From a virus, in the IMG/VR virus record IMGVR_UViG_3300037474_000032, positions 1-42,109 of that record: 42,109 nucleotides of DNA. One strand, written 5' to 3'. Of this stretch, positions 34,596 to 41,277 are shown piece by piece (within the stretch, counting starts at the first letter, position 1; every line of letters starts with the position of its first letter). The position numbers were made by a program, and so were the translations under genes. The notes below the pieces were generated by a model. The model was given only the letters and a program-made list of their open reading frames with translations, had not been told where the DNA came from and searched no databases.

Positions 34596-34822
34596 GGCTT
34601 CTTCTCGGCAAGTTTCTTCGCGCTTTCGTTTGCGGCCTTCAGGCTCATCTTGCCGGCGCGATAGGCGAAGAAGGTCGCGGCGTCCTGGATCGCGGTGAGA
34701 AAGCCGCCAAAGTCGTCGAACCAGCCGTCGTAGGTCAGGCCATCGACTTCTATGTGCAGCTTCCAGGCGCGCGCATGCAGGCCGCTTTTTGTGATGCTGA
34801 TGTCTTGAATGTCCATGCTCAT
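34592..34822 (-). CDS. Hypothetical protein
   Basis: 76-aa ORF with ATGA coupling at both ends. Confidence 0.7.
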   Translation of the reverse strand: MSMDIQDISITKSGLHARAWKLHIEVDGLTYDGWFDDFGGFLTAIQDAATFFAYRAGKMSLKAANESAKKLAEKKP

Positions 34823-35061
34823 TCCCCCGAAAAGTGCTCTGGATAGGTAGAGCGGACCTTGTTGATCCCTTCATGCATAGTCATTGACTTGCCGAAGGTT
34901 TCGACGCACCGCCTCACCGCCGCTCGTTCGGCTGCTTGGTAGCCGAGCCAGGCGGCTTCCGTGTCCGCGTTGGCAAACGTTCGCCCGAACTCGATCAAGC
35001 TGGCTGGCGACGTGACATACCCCATCGTCGGTGCCCACGCCTCAAACTCAGCGCGACTCAC
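34819..35061 (-). CDS. Hypothetical protein
   Basis: GTG 35061 overlaps the upstream TGA (GTGA), in frame with ORF 34819..35196. 80 aa. Confidence 0.6.
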   Translation of the reverse strand: MSRAEFEAWAPTMGYVTSPASLIEFGRTFANADTEAAWLGYQAAERAAVRRCVETFGKSMTMHEGINKVRSTYPEHFSGE

Positions 35062-35603
35062 GGCAGCACCCGGTAGGCGATGATGTCGTTCTTCCCGTTG
35101 TGCCGCCATCTGTAAACTCCAGCTTTGCAGCCTTGTTGCGTCATTTCCGGGTCCGTGGTCTTTATTTCCACCCGCGTCCCCGCCGCCACCGGGCACTCAC
35201 CCCCAGCCCACTCGATCCACGTTTCGGCCAGTTCGGCGGGAGTGGGGAGGCGCCACTCGCCGGGCTCACAATCGAATTCATGGCCGCGTTTCCGATCCAA
35301 TACCCTGGCATGGCCCTTGTTGCCGAGCAGCTCGACAAAATGCATCGGCCGCCACTCATTGCTGATAATGCCAAGCCACATCACCAGGTCACCCGGCTTG
35401 AGGGGTGCCGCTGCATCAGGCTTGACAACGAACTCCAGTTTGACTGGCGCATCGGTAGCGCCGTCCTGCTTCTGGGCGGCGCATTGTTGTTGCGGAGTGG
35501 CGTAAATATGGGCATTGATCCGCTTGACCGATTCAAGCACTTTCTCTTTTGCAGAACGCTCAAACTTGAGGATCATTGGATCTTGGAATTTCAGATGGTT
35601 CAT
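35058..35603 (-). CDS. Hypothetical protein
   Basis: 181-aa ORF. Function unknown. Confidence 0.7.
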   Translation of the reverse strand: MNHLKFQDPMILKFERSAKEKVLESVKRINAHIYATPQQQCAAQKQDGATDAPVKLEFVVKPDAAAPLKPGDLVMWLGIISNEWRPMHFVELLGNKGHARVLDRKRGHEFDCEPGEWRLPTPAELAETWIEWAGGECPVAAGTRVEIKTTDPEMTQQGCKAGVYRWRHNGKNDIIAYRVLP

Positions 35604-35644
35604 GACTAATTCCCTATCTAAGAGTAGCCTTCGCTGTAACTACC

Positions 35645-35665
35645 GCGCCTCAGAAGCAGAGGCGC
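35645..35665. repeat. Hairpin element copy 7 (gcgcctc-agaagca-gaggcgc), loop in plus orientation
   Basis: 7-bp stem overlapping the TAG stop of the minus-strand gene 35665..36234. The stem sequence is the same as in copy 4. Confidence 0.7.
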
Positions 35666-36234
35666 TAGCAGCTACAGCAATAAAATCCATATTCCTTCTT
35701 CTCGGCAGGCACAGAGGTTTCCATGTAAATTTCATAGTGGTGCCAGAAGTTTTCCCGGTCGAAGTCATCACGCCAGTTTTCCGATCCATGCTGCACAACA
35801 TGGTTCTCGTGCTCAATCCAGTCCTGTGCGTGGTCAAGCATGGCCTCCAGCGTCAGGCCCATACTGTTTGCATGCCCATCAAGCCATTCCCTGGACTTCT
35901 GCTTGTGGTCCGTCTGGGAAATAACCTTCGGCGCTTCTGGCTGTCCATCGAACGCGGGATGTGACCATTCATGCCGCAGCCCGGTAATGGTGTTCGGAAA
36001 CAGGAACATGTAGAAACGTTCATCCTCATAGACCGGCTCGGTCAAATAGGGATCAACAATCCCCACCAACTTCTTTGCGCGGCCAACGCGCCCATCCTTT
36101 TCAAAGCCGATAGGCTGACCAGGATGCAGGCGGACACCGGCAATAACCGGGGCAACGGCAATATGGATTGCATCGCGGTGCGCTTCGGCCTCCAGCTTCT
36201 TGCCGATCTGCTTTTGGGTATCTTCCTTGCTCAT
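35665..36234 (-). CDS. Hypothetical conserved-looking protein (C-terminal CCSC)
   Basis: 189-aa ORF with SD ataggagat upstream. Contains HRDAIHIAVAP and a His/Trp-rich core. Confidence 0.7.
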   Translation of the reverse strand: MSKEDTQKQIGKKLEAEAHRDAIHIAVAPVIAGVRLHPGQPIGFEKDGRVGRAKKLVGIVDPYLTEPVYEDERFYMFLFPNTITGLRHEWSHPAFDGQPEAPKVISQTDHKQKSREWLDGHANSMGLTLEAMLDHAQDWIEHENHVVQHGSENWRDDFDRENFWHHYEIYMETSVPAEKKEYGFYCCSC

Positions 36235-36235
36235 C

Positions 36236-36514
36236 TCAATCTCCTATAACCAACAATCCACGATTAATCCAGCGCAACACCTGATCCGGGAACAGATCGT
36301 TAAAGAACCTGCGCTTTTCATCCCGGCTCATGTTCCCTTGATCGTATGAAACATGGCACCTGTAGCAAAGCTCCAATGCCCACACATCGATACCTGATGC
36401 CCTTGCCTTATGCTCATTGCGATGCGCCAGAACAACAGTCCCATCTTCCGCTCCGCAGGCAATGCAGCTTTGCCCCTCGGCCTTGCGCTTGAGAACGTTG
36501 CTCTTAAAGCTCAC
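36236..36514 (-). CDS. YbcO-like (DUF1364) putative nuclease
   Basis: The sequence LKRKAEGQSCIACG...VVLAHRN...LCYRCHVSYDQG parallels E. coli YbcO (RKAARGRECQVR...LAH...CSACHDEID). GTG 36514 overlaps the upstream TGA; ATG 36562 is the alternative start. Confidence 0.65.
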   Translation of the reverse strand: MSFKSNVLKRKAEGQSCIACGAEDGTVVLAHRNEHKARASGIDVWALELCYRCHVSYDQGNMSRDEKRRFFNDLFPDQVLRWINRGLLVIGD

Positions 36515-36843
36515 GTTGCCGCCTTTCCTTCCGCCCGATTGTTCGCGCTCTGGGTTTGCCAAGCATTCACCTTCGCCAAAGCAGCCTCCCGCAAGAACCG
36601 GAATTCCTCATCAACCCTGACCGCCTCCCGGATCGCTTCCAGGTGTTCCCGGTACTCTTTGTGGTCATACGCAAACACTTCTTGCGCTCCAATCGATTTA
36701 TCAGCCACAGCGCTCATTAAACGGGCTTTGATGGTCTTGCGGTACTCCTCGACATAGATACGCTCGGCCCGAGCCTGCGCAGCCACTGGGGCGTTATCCC
36801 GCAGCCAGTCAATGGCTTTTTCAATGTCGGTTTCCTTGATCAT
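36511..36843 (-). CDS. Hypothetical protein
   Basis: 110-aa ORF with an ATGA overlap with the upstream gene. Confidence 0.7.
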   Translation of the reverse strand: MIKETDIEKAIDWLRDNAPVAAQARAERIYVEEYRKTIKARLMSAVADKSIGAQEVFAYDHKEYREHLEAIREAVRVDEEFRFLREAALAKVNAWQTQSANNRAEGKAAT

Positions 36844-37226
36844 TTCCTCAGCCTGTAAAGTTCCCTGCGCCTTGCGTTGATTTCGTCCTTGCGTTCTCTG
36901 CGTTTTTCGAGAACCTTTTCCCGGTTGTTGGCGTAGTACGCTTTCGCTCTTGCCCTTGCTTTGTCTCGGTAGTCCTTCTTTTTGTAGAGCTTCTTGGCTT
37001 TCTTCTTGAAGCTCTCCGGGTTTTTCGCATAACGCTCTCTGCGCTTCCGATTGATTTCGTCCCGGTTTTGAGCGAAGTAATCACGCCAACGCGCTAAAAC
37101 GCTTCCCCGATTTGCCGCGTACCAATGGGCAAAGTAATTCTTTGCCTGTGGCTCATCGTCTATGAGCTTGTAGACAACCCGACTTGGACCGGGGATGCGG
37201 ATCGGCGTTTGGCGCAGAATGTCCAT
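36840..37226 (-). CDS. Hypothetical highly basic protein with Y-x2-N-x-E repeats
   Basis: ATG 37226 overlaps the erf TGA, within ORF 36840..37319. 128 aa with repeated motifs RERYAKNPE and KAYYANNRE. Confidence 0.65.
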   Translation of the reverse strand: MDILRQTPIRIPGPSRVVYKLIDDEPQAKNYFAHWYAANRGSVLARWRDYFAQNRDEINRKRRERYAKNPESFKKKAKKLYKKKDYRDKARARAKAYYANNREKVLEKRRERKDEINARRRELYRLRK

Positions 37227-37882
37227 CAGGCGGCTTCCCTCTGTGCGGCAGCCTGCCCAATGCTTTTCAGGGTAGAGCGCTCCTTGGACTCCAGGAGGGA
37301 CCACAGACCAGCCTTGCAATCAGAGTCAAATTGCTCCTCCTCAAGCCGCTCAAAGGCTTTCTTGTCCTCGCCTTTGTGGAGAAGCAATTTCACATCCGCA
37401 GCAACGCTACGCAGGTAGTCTTGCGTTTCCGGGTCCAGTCCATTGAATGCCAGCTTGGCCGGGGCGTGAGGGGCTTCAAACGCTTTCTGAATGCCCTTCT
37501 TGGCCGGAGCAGCGGCAGCGGCGTTTCCATCATCATCAACGGAAGGCACCCCAAAGGCCGTTTGCAGGCTGTAGCGACGCGCGTAGGTAATGGCTGAGCC
37601 ATACCCTTGGGCATCGCCCTTGGAGACCGGTACGGACGTTTTTCCGCAGGAATAGGTTTCCCCGGATTCGTGAATAATCACGGTCTCGACAATGGCCTGA
37701 TTGTCGGCGTCATGGCAGACTTGGACAAAACCAAGCCCGTGAGCGCTAAGGGCCGGGCGGATGGCCTCCATCACTGCTGACAGGTCGGCATACTTCGACT
37801 TGAAAAACGGGTTCGCTGAGTCCTTCTTGGCTCCCGTCATTTCGGCTTGCGCCTTGACCAGCGCGGATGCGAGATTCTTCAT
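37226..37882 (-). CDS. erf: ERF-family single-strand annealing recombinase
   Basis: Motifs NPFFKSKYADLSAVMEAIRPAL and GYGSAITYARRYSLQTAFG are ERF signatures. ATG 37882 has SD aaagga upstream; the ORF track's 37897 start is a TTG. Confidence 0.85.
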   Translation of the reverse strand: MKNLASALVKAQAEMTGAKKDSANPFFKSKYADLSAVMEAIRPALSAHGLGFVQVCHDADNQAIVETVIIHESGETYSCGKTSVPVSKGDAQGYGSAITYARRYSLQTAFGVPSVDDDGNAAAAAPAKKGIQKAFEAPHAPAKLAFNGLDPETQDYLRSVAADVKLLLHKGEDKKAFERLEEEQFDSDCKAGLWSLLESKERSTLKSIGQAAAQREAA

Positions 37883-37964
37883 TCCATTTCCTTTCAAGTT
37901 CAGCGACTGCTTCCTCTATTTCCTGCTCTCGCTGAACAGTTTCGTAAAACTGCTGTTGCGACAT
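37746..37964 (-). CDS. Questionable small ORF with strong SD, overlapping the erf start
   Basis: ATG 37964 is preceded by TAGGAGAGAACC. The first ~28 aa look protein-like (MSQQQFYETVQREQEIEEAVAELERKWN). The remainder runs out of frame through erf and looks non-native. Confidence 0.35.
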   Translation of the reverse strand: MSQQQFYETVQREQEIEEAVAELERKWNEESRIRAGQGASRNDGSQEGLSEPVFQVEVCRPVSSDGGHPPGP

Positions 37965-37976
37965 GGTTCTCTCCTA

Positions 37977-38107
37977 AGTGCTTTTGGAAGGTGGGGCCGG
38001 TGCTGCCAAATTCCGGCTTTCTGGCTTCCGTTAGTGGATGGATGCGCCAGCACTTTCCACACACAGATTGCGCATCAGCCTGCGCATTCCCACCATCCAA
38101 AAGCACT
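37977..38107 (-). other. Long imperfect inverted repeat (19-bp arms) enclosing 93 nt: candidate structured RNA/regulatory element
   Basis: agtgcttttggaaggtggg (37977-37995) pairs with cccaccatccaaaagcact (38089-38107), 18 of 19 bp. Internal hairpin gccgg...ccggc (37996-38016). The region is intergenic within the leftward operon. Confidence 0.5.
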
Positions 38108-38115
38108 TCTGTTTG

Positions 38116-38268
38116 TTACTTCTTCTCGCAAATAAGCGTTGTTGAACCAACGCGGGTTTTGCCGAGCAGCTCACAATCGCGCTTGATCCTTCCGCTATCG
38201 TCGGCAACGAAAAGGCCAATCACAAGACCAACACAGGCCGCCAAAAACACCGCTCCAATTTCATCCAT
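38116..38268 (-). CDS. Small N-terminally anchored membrane protein (50 aa, below the ORF-track cutoff)
   Basis: Hand translation gives MDEIGAVFLAACVGLVIGLFVADDSGRIKRDCELLGKTRVGSTTLICEKK. ATG 38268 is preceded by CTAGGAGAGATTC. Confidence 0.6.
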   Translation of the reverse strand: MDEIGAVFLAACVGLVIGLFVADDSGRIKRDCELLGKTRVGSTTLICEKK

Positions 38269-38284
38269 GAATCTCTCCTAGTTG

Positions 38285-38488
38285 TTACTTGCCAAGTAGA
38301 TCGCGCAGCGCCTCGAATAAGCATTCGGCTTCCTTGGGCGCAAAGCTCATGCGATGTAATGACTGGGTGCTATTCCCTTCGTAATAGCGAATCTCGATGT
38401 TCTCGGGAATGTCGCGGCAGGGGCCAACTTCGTAATGCCACTCGTCGCACCAAATCTCAAACATCTTTTCCAACGTCGGGTCTTCCAC
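38285..38488 (-). CDS. Hypothetical protein
   Basis: 67-aa ORF with a GTG start after CTAGGAGAAAACC. Confidence 0.7.
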   Translation of the reverse strand: MEDPTLEKMFEIWCDEWHYEVGPCRDIPENIEIRYYEGNSTQSLHRMSFAPKEAECLFEALRDLLGK

Positions 38489-38497
38489 GGTTTTCTC

Positions 38498-38668
38498 CTA
38501 GCCGCGCTGCTGTTGCGCGGCAGCAGTCACAGCACTGGGAAAGCAGAATTTATAAAGCGGCAAACTCGCATCAAACGGAGTCTTACGTTTAGCTCTCTGC
38601 TCCTCACAAAGACAAAACCTCCTCCCAAGAAACTCAACCGCTTTGCGATATTTCTGCTCAGAAGTCAT
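38498..38668 (-). CDS. Small basic protein (56 aa, below the ORF-track cutoff)
   Basis: Hand translation gives MTSEQKYRKAVEFLGRRFCLCEEQRAKRKTPFDASLPLYKFCFPSAVTAAAQQQRG. SD taggtga upstream. Its TAG stop lies within the next gene's CTAGGAGAA SD. Confidence 0.5.
   Translation of the reverse strand: MTSEQKYRKAVEFLGRRFCLCEEQRAKRKTPFDASLPLYKFCFPSAVTAAAQQQRG
38501..38521 (-). repeat. Hairpin-SD element copy 8 (minus reading: gccgcgc-aacagca-gcgcggc + TAGGAGAA)
   Basis: 7-bp stem directly upstream (coding sense) of ctaggagaaaaccGTG at 38488. It lies inside the 3' end of the 56-aa ORF. Confidence 0.7.
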
Positions 38669-38737
38669 AAATCACCTAAAAAGAATAAGAAGTGCTGCTA
38701 AGACAAGAAGCGCCTTACAGGCTGAGAGTTCTTCCAT

Positions 38738-39565
38738 CTACGCTTTGACGAACTTGTGCTTATCGTTCAGGCGATAGGCGGTATTGGCCTCGATTCCGTC
38801 TTCGCCCACATAGCCGATGACAGTGCGGTAACGGTCGTTCTTCTTATCCCACCAGCGGATACGGATTTCGCCCTTCTCCCCGGCCCTTGAGGTGCCGCTG
38901 TCGCCCGAGGTTGAGGTGCCGTAGGCGCCCGAGGTTGAGGTGCCTCTGTCGCCCGAGGTTGAGGTGCCGTAGGCGCCCGAGGTTGAGGTGCCTCTGTAGC
39001 CCGAGGTTGAGGTGCCGCTGTCGCCCGAGGTTGAGGTGCCGTAGGCGCCCGAGGTTGAGGTGCCTCTGTAGCCCGAGGTTGAGGTGCCGTAGGCGCCCGA
39101 GGTTGAGGTGCCTCTGTAGCCCGAGGTTGAGGTGCCGCTGTCGCCCGAGGTTGAGGTGCCGTAGGCGCCGGTCGAAGCCAGGACATCGGCGACGACTGTC
39201 TCACCGATAATCAGGCATTCATTGCATTTCGGCTCGTTGTCGCGGATGAACTTCGCAGCTTCGGCCATGCTGCCGACGAACCGCACCACGCCACGGGGAA
39301 ACTTGCACTTTCCGCCAAGCATGATGATGCTGGTGCTCTCGACCTCTACTACCAGCCACTTCTTGTCAGGGCCGAAGTTGGCGACACCATGATCGCCAGA
39401 ACCATACAGCCAGCCATGCAGCCCATTGCCGCATTCTTCGGTCGGCGCCCAGTCCGGGCAAACCGCCTCCTCGCCAACGGTCAGCGGCCAGCGGAAACCG
39501 TTCTGGCTCTCGCCGTTGGGGCCACAGTTGCGCAGGACAAGCGATGTTTCCTTTTTCTTTGCCAT
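38738..39565 (-). CDS. Octapeptide-repeat protein (ice-nucleation-protein-like G-x-x-G-T-S-T-S repeats) flanked by globular N- and C-terminal domains
   Basis: 275 aa. The N-terminal domain carries NGFRWPL...CPDW...CGNGLHGWLYG. It is followed by 12 tandem octapeptides (AYGTSTSG/DSGTSTSG/YRGTSTSG) and a C-terminal domain GEIRIRWWDKKNDRYRTVIGYVGEDGIEANTAYRL. Confidence 0.85.
   Translation of the reverse strand: MAKKKETSLVLRNCGPNGESQNGFRWPLTVGEEAVCPDWAPTEECGNGLHGWLYGSGDHGVANFGPDKKWLVVEVESTSIIMLGGKCKFPRGVVRFVGSMAEAAKFIRDNEPKCNECLIIGETVVADVLASTGAYGTSTSGDSGTSTSGYRGTSTSGAYGTSTSGYRGTSTSGAYGTSTSGDSGTSTSGYRGTSTSGAYGTSTSGDRGTSTSGAYGTSTSGDSGTSRAGEKGEIRIRWWDKKNDRYRTVIGYVGEDGIEANTAYRLNDKHKFVKA
38888..39175. 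repeat. 12 tandem 24-bp repeats (tgaggtgcc-nnn-g-nnn-gcccgaggt), coding for the octapeptide array
   Basis: Read directly from the sequence. Units differ only at about 4-6 variable positions, with a higher-order 48/72-bp pattern. All three frames on both strands stay open as a consequence. Confidence 0.9.
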
Positions 39566-39577
39566 TTTTCTCTCCGG

Positions 39578-39895
39578 TTAACGTGAATAAGACGCCTCTT
39601 CTTCCAGCAGATCAGCGCACCTTGCCTCATCCTCTGCTGCCTCTACTGCCTCTTGGAATACATGGGCAATACTCGACTGAGCAAACAGCGCTTTCAGGAC
39701 AAGAGCCGTATCGTGCTCATCGAACTTGATGGAGCGGATAGCCTCGCAAATCTCATCGACCTTGGCGCAATGCATCCAATGGGCCGATAATTTGGAGAGC
39801 TTGTCCAGGTTCGGCGTCATGGCCTGTTGTTTGAGTACCTCGGGAATCGAGGTAGGCCCATGACATACAGCTTTGGGGAGGCAGGATTTGTGCAT
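39578..39895 (-). CDS. Hypothetical protein
   Basis: 105-aa ORF starting 2 nt after the upstream stop. Confidence 0.7.
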   Translation of the reverse strand: MHKSCLPKAVCHGPTSIPEVLKQQAMTPNLDKLSKLSAHWMHCAKVDEICEAIRSIKFDEHDTALVLKALFAQSSIAHVFQEAVEAAEDEARCADLLEEEASYSR

Positions 39896-39897
39896 GG

Positions 39898-40191
39898 TTA
39901 TTCCTTTGTCCGTTGGGCGAGCATGGCGTCAGCGTAGGCATAGCGATCAGCAGCACGCTTGATCCGCCGCGCTTTTAAAATCTGTTCTGCGGTAGGTGAT
40001 CGCTCGTTTGCACTTGGCAGCCCAAGAATCGTGCAAACTTCGCCCATCGTCATAGCGTTTGTCGTGTAGGCTTCCGGGCAATGCGCCGCGAAGTAATCAC
40101 GCAGGCTCATGCCTTCCGCGCCATCCCGCAACGGTCCGCCAGTAGTTCCTGGCGTGCGCGCAAAAGCCGGTCCGCCGTCATAGGTGGGCAT
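39898..40191 (-). CDS. Hypothetical protein
   Basis: ATG 40191 has SD gaggaataacc upstream and lies 2 nt after the upstream TAA, within ORF 39898..40311. 97 aa. Confidence 0.65.
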   Translation of the reverse strand: MPTYDGGPAFARTPGTTGGPLRDGAEGMSLRDYFAAHCPEAYTTNAMTMGEVCTILGLPSANERSPTAEQILKARRIKRAADRYAYADAMLAQRTKE

Positions 40192-40193
40192 GG

Positions 40194-40412
40194 TTATTCC
40201 TCGGCACAGGCAATGAAGTGGAGGAGAAGGGCGGCGAATCCGCCCTCGTCGGCCAAACTCAAAGACGGCCCTTCGCCCATACCCGGTCCGCCCGGTACTT
40301 CCCATACCCACTTATCGAGGGCGTAATCAAAAAGTTCAGTTTCTACAACCCCAAACACGCCGCAATCTTCAGCGGTTTGTGCCCACTTACGGATTCGTTG
40401 AGCTTTGGTCAT
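40194..40412 (-). CDS. Hypothetical protein
   Basis: 72-aa ORF with an ATGA overlap with the upstream gene. Confidence 0.65.
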   Translation of the reverse strand: MTKAQRIRKWAQTAEDCGVFGVVETELFDYALDKWVWEVPGGPGMGEGPSLSLADEGGFAALLLHFIACAEE

Positions 40413-40729
40413 TGCTGCACCTTGGCGAGAGCGGCGCGGGCTTCTTCGAGGGGGCGCCGACCAACGTAGCCAAAATCTTCGATTTGCTGGACGAGATAGG
40501 ACAGAGCGCTTACCAATGCGTCATGGCTGTTCACTGCGCGGCAGATGAGGGCGGCGGTTTCCTTTTCTTTGCCGGTCATCCAGAATTCGGCGATGGGATG
40601 ATTGTTGGCATCGCGAATATCAATCGTCACGCCGCGATCATGAACAGAAAACGGCAACGGGCTAGGCGCCTCTGCTGTTGAGGCGCCGCTAGTCACAGCG
40701 GAGCCGTTATTGGATATGCCGTTTGACAT
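40409..40729 (-). CDS. Hypothetical protein, first gene of the leftward early operon
   Basis: ATG 40729 is preceded by ccaggagagagca, within ORF 40409..40780. 106 aa. Confidence 0.65.
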   Translation of the reverse strand: MSNGISNNGSAVTSGASTAEAPSPLPFSVHDRGVTIDIRDANNHPIAEFWMTGKEKETAALICRAVNSHDALVSALSYLVQQIEDFGYVGRRPLEEARAALAKVQQ

Positions 40730-40774
40730 TGCTCTCTCCTGGTTAAGCGCATCGTTTAGCGCATGGAGAGATTT

Positions 40775-40788
40775 AACCACATTCGGTT
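40775..40788. promoter_or_regulatory. Operator half-strength site OL-b (aaccacattcggtt)
   Basis: This is the reverse complement of aaccgaatgtggtt, which is near-identical to 41229..41242. It lies 9 bp from the perfect-core site 40798..40811. Confidence 0.6.
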
Positions 40789-40797
40789 TAAACTTGC

Positions 40798-40811
40798 AAC
40801 CGAATTCGGGT
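40798..40811. promoter_or_regulatory. Operator OL-a (aaCCGAATTCGGgt), in the putative leftward early promoter region
   Basis: Perfect 10-bp palindrome CCGAATTCGG. The 14-mer is identical at 41252..41265. On the minus strand, ttgcaa-N17-ttaaat is a candidate PL. Confidence 0.65.
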
Positions 40812-40861
40812 ACAAAAGTTGTAACAGAGATAAACCTGAGATTTTTCAGGCGCTTGGAACG

Positions 40862-40886
40862 ATAAAAAGCCCGCGCAGGGCGGGCT
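40862..40886 (-). terminator. Rho-independent terminator downstream of the repressor gene
   Basis: On the minus strand, agcccgc-cctgc-gcgggct is followed by TTTTTA. It lies 19 nt after the repressor stop (40905). Confidence 0.6.
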
Positions 40887-40904
40887 ATATGGGGCGGTTA
40901 GAGG

Positions 40905-41204
40905 CTACTGAAGGCCGGCGATCTTGCGGGCGGCTTCCTTCAGCTCCTCATTTTTCTGCGCCTCTTGATGGGAAAGAGTCTTGACCGGAAGGTTATCTGG
41001 ATCAAGGTCCGGCGCCAGGAGCACCCATACGTCTACTTGCAGGGCCTTAGCCAGGTCGGCAAGGGTATCTATATCTGCTGCATTCTCGCCGCGCTCTAGG
41101 CGACTCACGGTCGTTTGTGGAACGGACCCAAGATCACCTTGCCGCAGGCCCCGCAGGTTGCGGATGGCTCTCAAATTCTTCGCCAAAAGCTCGCGGGTGG
41201 ACAT
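40905..41204 (-). CDS. XRE-family HTH repressor (CI-like, no peptidase domain)
   Basis: ATG 41204 lies within ORF 40905..41390. 99 aa. The sequence LLAKNLRAIRNLRGLRQGDLGSVPQTTVSRLERGENAADIDTLADLAKALQVDVWVLL is a classic HTH_3 domain. It is divergent from the cro-like gene. A -10-like tatagt sits 6 nt upstream of the ATG, so the mRNA may be leaderless. Confidence 0.8.
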   Translation of the reverse strand: MSTRELLAKNLRAIRNLRGLRQGDLGSVPQTTVSRLERGENAADIDTLADLAKALQVDVWVLLAPDLDPDNLPVKTLSHQEAQKNEELKEAARKIAGLQ

Positions 41205-41228
41205 GCGCTCACTATATTTGGATTCTCT

Positions 41229-41242
41229 AACCGAGTGTGGTT
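41229..41242. promoter_or_regulatory. Operator OR-b (aaccgagtgtggtt)
   Basis: Degenerate copy of the operator. It overlaps the -35 TTGACA (41241-41246) of the rightward promoter. Confidence 0.6.
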
Positions 41243-41270
41243 GACAGGTATAACCGAATTCGGGTATAAG
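41241..41270 (+). promoter_or_regulatory. Putative rightward early promoter PR (TTGACA-N17/18-(G)TATAAG) with operator OR-a in the spacer
   Basis: TTGACA at 41241-46, aaCCGAATTCGGgt at 41252-65, and TATAAG at 41265-70. The cro-like ATG lies only 8 nt downstream of the -10. Confidence 0.65.
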
Positions 41271-41277
41271 ATGCCTT

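Noticed and set aside
38888-39175. Possible CRISPR array (regular 24-bp repeats), and likewise the CTTGTTGGTGATG repeats at 5884, 6044 and 6270
   Set aside because: The 24-bp units are contiguous, have no spacers and lie inside a coding frame. The 13-21-nt repeats are 160-230 nt apart with structured, partly paralogous intervening sequence. Neither fits CRISPR architecture, and no cas genes are present.
38767-39210. Alternative-frame ORFs over the 24-bp repeat array (38767..39204 minus, 38887..39210 plus) encoding PQPRA/RCR repeats
   Set aside because: They are artefacts of the repeat periodicity being a multiple of 3. Only the 38738..39565 frame has an SD, a start and globular flanking domains.
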